Origin: an uncultured delta proteobacterium
GTDB taxonomy: Bacteria; Myxococcota_A; Polyangia; Polyangiales; Polyangiaceae
DNA: 32,000 nt
Direction: 5' to 3'
NCBI GenBank assembly: GCA_963850305.1
Contig: CAWKKR010000007.1
Location: forward strand, 127,522-159,521
This document shows positions 26,771 through 32,000 of the stretch, piece by piece. The position numbers and the translations under genes are program-made. How positions within the stretch are numbered: the first letter of the stretch is position 1; each line of letters begins with the position of its first letter. The notes below the pieces were generated by a model that was not told where the DNA came from, did not search any database, and was given only the letters and a program-made list of their open reading frames with translations.

Positions 26771-27844
26771 ATGAACGTCGACGTCGAGTGGCTCGCAGGT
26801 CCAGAGCGTCGGCTGACGCGCTTCGGTGAAGTGCCGCGCTACCGGGAAGGGCTGCATCGGCTGAGCCTCAGAGCGTATGCGTGGATGGTTCCCAACGGGT
26901 GCTGGGGCGAGACCAACCTGGGACTCGTGGACTGCGACGGCCAGAGCGTGCTGATCGACACGGCCTGGGATCTGGCCTTCACGAACGAGTTTCTGACGAG
27001 CGCCCGACACTTGGTGACGAGATCGCCCGTCGAGTGCGTCGTGAACACGCATTCGGACGGGGATCACTGCTGGGGCAATCAGGTATTTGCGAACAAGAGG
27101 ATCATCGGCACGCACGCCTGCATCGCCAGGATGGACCACGTCACGCCGCGAACGGTCCGCGCGCTCACCGCCGCGGGACGCCACATGCGCCACGTTCCGT
27201 TCGGGGGCGTCGCCGAGCTCGGGCGCTACGTCGAGAGCATGTTCGGCCCCTACGATTTCAGCGGGATCGAGCTGACGAAGCCAGGCGAAGGGTTCTCGCG
27301 TGAAAAGACCCTCACGCTCAGGGGCGTCGAGATCGTGCTGCGCGAGGTCGGCCCGGGTCACACGGACGGAGACGCCCTCGTGTACGTGCCCGGCGAGAAG
27401 GTCGTGTACGCGGGCGATCTGCTGTTCGTGGGCGTGACCCCCGTCATGTGGGCGGGCCCGGTGGAGAATCTGCTCTCGGCCTTGCGGCATCTGCTGTCGC
27501 TGCCCGCGATCGCCTTCGTGCCGGGTCATGGTCCGCTCGCGACACGCGGTGACATCCAGGATGCGATCGACTACTGGGATTTCGCGCACGAAGCGATCCA
27601 CCGGCGCTTTCGTTCTGGGATGCCACCCGCGGAAGCCGCTCGCGATGTTCTCGCGGACGACGCTTTCCGACGCTCTGCCTTCGCTCGCTGGGGCTCGCCA
27701 GAGCGGCTCGTCACGAGCGCGTACACGATGTACCGCAACTGGGGGCACCCCTGGAGTCGGTTGCCCGAAAAAGTCGCCACGATGGACCTCCTGCGACGCC
27801 AGGCTCAAGTCGCGGCGGCGCTCTCGCGAAAGGAGGGAGGCTGA
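26771..27844 (+). CDS. MBL-fold metallo-hydrolase
   Basis: ATG 26771 is preceded by ACGAGG. VLIDTAWD, the metal motif VNTHSDGDH (H-x-D-x-D-H variant), GPGHTDGD and VPGHGP are in the canonical beta-lactamase-fold order. The 406-aa antisense ORF 26648-27868 is a shadow. Confidence 0.8.
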   Translation: MNVDVEWLAGPERRLTRFGEVPRYREGLHRLSLRAYAWMVPNGCWGETNLGLVDCDGQSVLIDTAWDLAFTNEFLTSARHLVTRSPVECVVNTHSDGDHCWGNQVFANKRIIGTHACIARMDHVTPRTVRALTAAGRHMRHVPFGGVAELGRYVESMFGPYDFSGIELTKPGEGFSREKTLTLRGVEIVLREVGPGHTDGDALVYVPGEKVVYAGDLLFVGVTPVMWAGPVENLLSALRHLLSLPAIAFVPGHGPLATRGDIQDAIDYWDFAHEAIHRRFRSGMPPAEAARDVLADDAFRRSAFARWGSPERLVTSAYTMYRNWGHPWSRLPEKVATMDLLRRQAQVAAALSRKEGG

Positions 27845-28055
27845 ACGGCAAGGCGCGGCCCCTCCCAAGACTTACGCGGACCCCGGCTGCGTCCGAGCAA
27901 GAAACCGTGCGGTTGCCGGCGGGACACACGAGCGAACCGCAGCGAAACCGCGAAAAGCCGGGCGCGCCGCGGGGCGTCATCGCGAAGTGCCTGGGAACCT
28001 GGGTCATTCGTGGTGCACGTCTTCGCGCGTGCAAAGAATTTCTCGAACCCGAGTT

Positions 28056-28496
28056 TTGAAAGGATGTCAGGTTTCAAGGGTTTCGTGTCGGTGCTCGACG
28101 CGGCGCCGTGCAAGGTCGCTTCGCGCCGTCACGGCGTGTCGAGCAACGCTCTCCGCGCTCGTGGTTGCGTTCTCGATCTACTTCGGCGGTGCCGGCATCG
28201 CGCACGCCGGAGACGCGGCCGCGCCCGCGAGCCGCGTGGTGAGCAACGAAGAGCTCGCGCTCCGGGTTTCGGATCTCGAGGCCTACGTGACCAACGGCGT
28301 TCCGAAGAAGCTCGTTTCTTCGGGGCCCGGGCACAACGCCTGGCTCATGACCTCGGCGGCGCTCGTGCTGTTCATGACGCTCCCGGGGCTCGCGCTCTTC
28401 TACGGCGGGCTCGTCCGGCGCAAGAACCTCCTGCCCGTCATGGCGCAGTGCCTGGGCTGCGCGGGCGTCATCACGATCCTCTGGTGGGCGATCGGC
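28056..28496 (+). pseudogene. amt: Ammonium transporter (Amt) N-terminal fragment
   Basis: Signal-like N-terminus (LSALVVAFSIYFGGAGIAHA) followed by NAWLMTSAALVLFMTLPGLALFYGGLVRRKNLLPVMAQCLGCAGVITILWWAIG, which is the first two Amt TM helices. Similarity and GC3 collapse right after 28496, and a convergent gene ends at 28510. No clean ATG/GTG start precedes the signal (TTG 28056 is the only in-frame candidate). Confidence 0.7.
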
Positions 28497-28509
28497 GCCG
28501 CGCGGAGAC

Positions 28510-28890
28510 CTACGCGAGCTCCTGCTCGACCTGCCGGCGTGCCTCTTCCGCGAAGGCTTCGGCTTCTGCCTGCTCCATCGTGGGTAGCTCCGTGCCGGAC
28601 AGGTCGAATCCCTGCCTGGCGAGGAGCTCGCGCAGGTTCTCGATGATCCCGCCGACGCGCTCGCGCTCGCGGTCGATGCGCTCGAGGTCCGCCAGCCCTT
28701 CCTCGCGCTCGGGACCCACCAGGGTACGCACCCGGACGCGCTCGCGCGCGAAGGCGCGGCACTGCTTCCGGTATTCCTCCACCAGCGCGTGCAGCCGGTC
28801 CACCTCGGGCCCCGTGCGCCGGCGCGGCCCTCGCTTCGGCCACGTCGCCCACCACGCAACGACGATCCCCGCCGCGACGATCCAGAGCAC
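28510..28890 (-). CDS. Small membrane-anchored coiled-coil protein (hypothetical)
   Basis: The C-terminal 126 codons of track ORF 28510-30045 have high GC3 and a protein-like sequence. From GTG 28890: LWIVAAGIVVAWWATW (TM), a KRGPRRR stop-transfer, then a charged helical region (VDRLHALVEEYRKQ ... IENLRELLARQG ... EEARRQVEQELA). The upstream 385 codons of that ORF are Arg/Ser/Thr-rich noise. Confidence 0.55.
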   Translation of the reverse strand: MLWIVAAGIVVAWWATWPKRGPRRRTGPEVDRLHALVEEYRKQCRAFARERVRVRTLVGPEREEGLADLERIDRERERVGGIIENLRELLARQGFDLSGTELPTMEQAEAEAFAEEARRQVEQELA

Positions 28891-29060
28891 GGGGGAAGCA
28901 TAGCATGTGCGCCGGGCCGTTCGCGGCGAGCGCCCACGATCCCCTCCGAAGCTTGAACACGGCTCTGCCAGAACGGGGTATCGCGAGCAGGCGCGCGCGG
29001 CGGGGGCTCGGGGCCGGGCAGGAGCTGTGCGAGCCTTCGCGGCACTTTTCCGCTCCGCGG

Positions 29061-29794
29061 ATGCGATGTTACTCTGACCGCGCAGTGAGGCGTCCCACAT
29101 CGTCGAGATCCCGGACCAGGCCGGGAGCCAGGTTGCCGTTGCTCGCCGTGCCTGTGGTCGCGCTCGTCGTCGCGTTCGCGTCGCGGAGCCTCGCGGACGT
29201 CGGGTATTCCACGCTAGACCTCGCAACGGTGCGGGTGTTCGCCCTCTACGGCGTGGGGACGCAGGAGGTGGAGCAGAAGAAGACCGCGCACAAGTACACG
29301 CTCGCGGTGCCCCTCGCGGCGCACAAGTCGTTCGTGCCGCTCCCGAAGGCGCTGCCGACCATCCATGTCCGGCAATCCGTCTTTGCCGTCGGCTATCCGA
29401 TGGACCCGTCGCAGAAGCGGCCCCAGTCCACCCGCGGGTCATCTCGGGCGTCTCGGAAAACGGCACGGTGAGCCTCGGGATCTCCGTGAACCCGGGCAAT
29501 TCCGGCGGGCCGCTCGTCGACGACGGCGAACGGATCCTCGGGGTCGTCGTCGCTCGCGGTGATCCGAAGCAAGGGGTGGAGGGGATTGGGTATGCCGTCC
29601 CGCTCGATCGCCCGCTCCTGGTGCTCGCGTCGGTGCTCGATCGGCACGCCCGCGCCCACGCGACCCTCGATTCGCTCGACGAAGCCGAGAAGTCGTTCGC
29701 GCGCGTGGTCGGCCACCTGGTGGAAAGCGAAGGGGTGAACGGGATGCTCGACGAGGCCGCCCGCGCCATCGAGCATCTGAAGGCGAGGTCGTGA
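29061..29794 (+). pseudogene. Trypsin-like (S1C/DegP-type) serine protease, frameshifted and lacking a recognisable His region
   Basis: Frame A (29061-29471) has a signal peptide RLPLLAVPVVALVVAFASRSLA and ...GQSVFAVGYPMD. Frame B (-1; open from ~29402 to 29794) has PRVISGVSENGTVSLGISVNPGNSGGPLVDDGERILGVVV with the catalytic-Ser motif GNSGGP. The switch lies near gcggccccag (29417-29426). The segment that should hold the GSG...TNxHV His block is too short. Confidence 0.65.
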
Positions 29795-30120
29795 CCCGGG
29801 CTTGTCACGACGCGCACTTCAGGTTGACCGGGGTGAAGAAGGACGGCCTCCGCTGCAGCGGCGTGCCGGGCGGGCCCGCCTTCGCGCCCGTCGCTCGGCT
29901 CCGGTTCTGCGACGACGAGCTGTGCCAGGTCGATCTCGTCGAAAAGTTCGAAGGCGACGACGCCACGGATCTTCTCCAGCAATACGAGGCGAGGCGAAGC
30001 GAGCTGAGCGAGAACGTCCCTCTTGGTCGGCATAGTTCGACGCAATCATCTGCGGGACGCGGGCGGCGGTCCAGCGCCCCGGTTCGTCCCCTGGCGTTGT
30101 TCGACGTCCGAGAACCGTGA
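29791..30120 (+). CDS. Small hypothetical protein, translationally coupled to the protease remnant
   Basis: The GTG start overlaps the upstream stop (GTGA 29791-29794). The first ~75 codons have very high GC3 (AHFRLTGVKKDGLRCSGVPGGPAFAPVARLRFCDDELCQVDLVEKFEGDDATDLLQQYEARRSELSE), and the tail has poor codon usage. The antisense alternative has lower GC3. Confidence 0.45.
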   Translation: MTRACHDAHFRLTGVKKDGLRCSGVPGGPAFAPVARLRFCDDELCQVDLVEKFEGDDATDLLQQYEARRSELSENVPLGRHSSTQSSAGRGRRSSAPVRPLALFDVREP

Positions 30121-30165
30121 CGAGTACGAACGAGCGGAAAACCTGCGCCCCTCGTTTTCTGTCAC

Positions 30166-30650
30166 GCGACGACCCGCCCCTCGGCCGCGAGAACCGATCC
30201 GCCCGCCGTGGTAACCGCATTCTCCGCCGCGACGACGCGTCCGTCGGCCGTGATAAGTGGATCACACAGCGCGACGACGCCTCCGTCGGCGGTGAGGACA
30301 CCTCCGACGGCCGTGATAAGTGGATCATGCGCCGCGACGACGCGTCCGTCGGCCGTGATAAGTGGATCACACAGCGCGACGACGCCTCCGTCGGCGGTGA
30401 TGACGCCTCCGTCGGCCGTGATAAGTGGATCATGCGCCGTGATGACGCCTCCGTCGGCCGTGATAAGTGGATCATGCGCCGTGATGACGCCTCCGTCGGC
30501 CGTGAGGATGCGTTCTCACGGGCGCGATGATCGCTTCACGCGCCGTGAGGACAGCTCCGACGGCCGTGATAAGTGGATCATGCGCCGTGAGGACACCTCC
30601 GTCGGCCGTGAGGATGCGTTCTCATGGGCGCGATGATCGCTTCACGCGCC
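30166..30650. repeat. Mosaic of 21-bp-phased direct repeat modules (three families) including two 43-bp double-hairpin modules
   Basis: Segmented by eye into 21 consecutive 21-nt units plus two 43-nt units. Family A is gtgataagtggatca(tgcgcc/cacagc), x6 (starts 30250, 30313, 30355, 30418, 30460, 30566). Family B is g(t/c)ga(t/c/g)ga(c/t)(g/a)c(c/g)tccg(t/a)cggc(c/g), with many copies. Family C is gtgaggatgcgttctca(c/t)gggcgcgatgatcgcttcacgcgcc, x2 (30502-30544, 30608-30650). Higher-order duplications are present (30229-30291 = 30334-30396). The leftmost units (30166-30228) are degenerate. Confidence 0.9.
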
Positions 30651-30910
30651 GTGCGAAGGCGTCCGTCGGCCGTGCGAAGGCGTCCGTCGGCCGTGCGAAG
30701 GCGTCCGTCGGCCGTGCGAAGGCGTCCGTCGGCCGTGCGAAGGCGTCCGTCGGCCGTGCGAAGGCGTCCGTCGGCCGTGCGAAGGCGTCCGTCGGCCGTG
30801 CGAAGGCGTCCGTCGGCCGTGCGAAGGCGTCCGTCGGCCGTGCGAAGGCGTCCGTCGGCCGTGCGAAGGCGTCCGTCGGCCGTGCGAAGGCGTCCGTCGG
30901 CCGTGCGAAG
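30651..30910. repeat. Perfect tandem array: 12 identical copies of gtgcgaaggcgtccgtcggcc (21 bp) plus an 8-nt partial copy
   Basis: Read directly: no mismatch in 252 nt (30651-30902), then gtgcgaag. No spacers. All six frames are stop-free, which generates the heptad ORFs (RAKASVG)n, (VRRRPSA)n and (LRTADGR)n in the track. Confidence 0.95.
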
Positions 30911-30969
30911 TTTCACGATCGTAACATTCCGGGTGGCACTCGTTTAGTCGTGCGTGTTACTAGCGCGGC

Positions 30970-32000
30970 GTGAATCGCGTCGCGGGACTTCAGGGGGGCA
31001 GCCTGATACTGGTGGCGGTGCTCGGCTTCGCGCGCGCGGTTTGGGCCCAAGATGGCGGAGCGCCGCAATCGTCCGCAAGTGCCCGGGCCGAGGCGGCTCC
31101 AGCGCCGCCGCCCGCCCCGGCACCCGTTGCAAAGGCGCCACCGCCCGTTGCTTTGCCGCCCGTTGGCTTGGCGCCCGTCGCTTTGCCGTCCGTGGCCGTC
31201 GGCGGACCGCTCGCCGCGCAGTTGCCGGAGGTCGTCGTGCATGGGAGGGCCGAAGATCTGCTGGGGGCCGCTACCAGCGCGTCGCAAGGATCGGTCGGCG
31301 AGGCGGACCTGGAAGACCTGCCGCTTCTCCGCCGCGGTGAGTTGCTCGAGAGCGTGCCGGGCATGGTCGTCACTCAGCACTCGGGTGACGGAAAGGCCAA
31401 TCAGTATTTCCTCCGCGGGTTCAATCTCGATCACGGTACCGACTTCGCCTTCTCCGTCGACGGCGTGCCCGTCAACCTGCCGAGCCACGCTCACGGTCAG
31501 GGCTACTCTGACCTGAACTTTCTCATCCCCGAGCTGGTCAGTTCCATCGACTTCAGAAAGGGGCCGTTCTATCCGGACGTCGGCGACTTTTCGGGCGCCG
31601 GCGCAGCGAACATCCGCCTCGTGAACACGCTGCCCGAGGGGATCGCGAACCTGCAGCTCGGGCAATTCGGGTATGCGCGCATGCTCGTCGCCGACAGCCC
31701 AAAGGTGGGTTCAGGGACGCTCCTCTACGCGCTCGAATACAATCACTACGACGGGCCGTGGGACGTTCCCGAGAATTCGAACCGCTATAACGGCCTGCTG
31801 CGGTACCACTGGGATTCCGGTCGCGACGAGTACAGCATCACGGGCAGTGTTTACTGGGCTCCCCAGTGGCATTCGACCGATCAGGTCGCGCTGCGTGCGG
31901 TCGACGAGAACGTGATCGGCCGCTTCGGCGCCATCGATCCGACCGACGGTGGGCGGACGGGCCGCGACGCTCTGTCGTTCGACTGGGTTCGACACGGCGA
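30970..32000 (+). CDS. TonB-dependent outer-membrane receptor (partial; continues beyond the window)
   Basis: Not in the ORF track because no stop is reached. My translation from GTG 30970 gives VNRVAGLQGGSLILVAVLGFARAVWA/QDGG (signal), a Pro/Ala-rich linker, then the plug domain: VVVHGR...SQGSVG..DLE..PLLRRGELLESVPGMVVTQHSGDGKANQYFLRGFNLDHGTDFAFSVDGVPVN. An in-frame stop at 30961-30963 bounds the start. The 250-aa minus ORF 30913-31665 is its shadow. Confidence 0.85.
   Translation, partial: MNRVAGLQGGSLILVAVLGFARAVWAQDGGAPQSSASARAEAAPAPPPAPAPVAKAPPPVALPPVGLAPVALPSVAVGGPLAAQLPEVVVHGRAEDLLGAATSASQGSVGEADLEDLPLLRRGELLESVPGMVVTQHSGDGKANQYFLRGFNLDHGTDFAFSVDGVPVNLPSHAHGQGYSDLNFLIPELVSSIDFRKGPFYPDVGDFSGAGAANIRLVNTLPEGIANLQLGQFGYARMLVADSPKVGSGTLLYALEYNHYDGPWDVPENSNRYNGLLRYHWDSGRDEYSITGSVYWAPQWHSTDQVALRAVDENVIGRFGAIDPTDGGRTGRDALSFDWVRHG

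Noticed and set aside
28005-28055. NtrC/sigma-54 control elements upstream of the amt remnant (GGTGCA ... GTGCAA half-sites, TGGTGCACG)
   Set aside because: Only half-site-like fragments are present. The GG-N10-GC spacing is off by one, and the downstream gene is a fragment anyway.
28891-30045. Upper 385 codons of the 511-aa minus-strand ORF 28510-30045
   Set aside because: Only the last 126 codons (28510-28890) have high GC3 and a protein-like sequence. The rest is S/T/R/A/P-rich and antisense to the protease remnant and to ORF 29791-30120, which have better codon statistics (about 85 against 70 percent GC3 by my count over 29800-30045).
30250-30586. Replication origin or DnaA-box cluster (six TGATCCACT motifs, 7/9 match to TTATCCACA)
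   Set aside because: There is no dnaA/dnaN or rep gene and no AT-rich unwinding element. The match is imperfect, and the motif is embedded in a longer conserved 21-mer that explains its recurrence. I kept it only as a remark inside the mosaic-repeat finding.
30166-30910. CRISPR array interpretation of the repeat field
   Set aside because: The units are contiguous with no unique spacers. The repeat length (21 bp) is shorter than known CRISPR repeats. The 'intervening' units are themselves repeated families. No cas genes are in the window.
30934-30948. Sigma-54 promoter upstream of the TonB receptor (TGGCAC-N5-TAGT)
   Set aside because: The -24 element is perfect, but the -12 element reads TAGT instead of TTGC and lacks the conserved GC. 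That is insufficient on sequence alone.
30527-30973. Heptad-repeat proteins (RAKASVG)12, (VRRRPSA)12 (30624-30947) and (LRTADGR)12 (30578-30916, minus) as real genes
   Set aside because: All six frames are open simply because the 21-mer has no stop in any frame. The copies are identical at the nucleotide level, so there is no sign of protein-level selection. The upstream 43-bp modules break the frames. Translation is not strictly excluded, so it is mentioned as a caveat only.

Overview
Very GC-rich chromosomal window with strong G/C third-position bias. The gene content points to a myxobacterium (Myxococcota): a MYXO-CTERM-like sorting tail, many Cys-rich lipoproteins and secreted proteins with eukaryote-like modules, and the tmRNA tag ANDNAIALAA. 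About 35 protein genes can be supported. They include an SRAP peptidase, GH63-like glucosidase, GNAT, lipase-like hydrolase, aldose epimerase, exported MsrB-MsrA fusion, cupin, M50 protease and YfcH-like SDR. A minus-strand operon (CN-hydrolase / Zn-ribbon protein / NDH-2 / lipase-maturation-factor homologue) has overlapping stop-start codons. Further genes are a Tat-signal hemerythrin, Sel1-like protein, metallophosphoesterase, beta-barrel OMP, MBL hydrolase, and a TonB-dependent receptor that runs off the 3' edge and is therefore missing from the ORF track. One RNA gene is clear: ssrA/tmRNA (11179-11521, minus). From about 18.8 kb onward there are many decayed genes: a frameshifted VWC-like lipoprotein, a truncated Uma2 gene, a truncated regulator-like gene, a degenerate Phd-type antitoxin, an ammonium transporter cut after its second TM helix, and a frameshifted trypsin-like protease without a recognisable His region. 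The most unusual object is a ~745-bp field of 21-bp-phased repeats (30166-30910). It ends in 12 perfectly identical 21-bp copies plus an 8-nt partial copy, 59 nt upstream of the TonB-receptor start. It is not CRISPR and I cannot assign it to any described class. Many long Arg-rich ORFs in the track are antisense shadows of real genes. All family assignments come from motif recognition by eye, with no database search.
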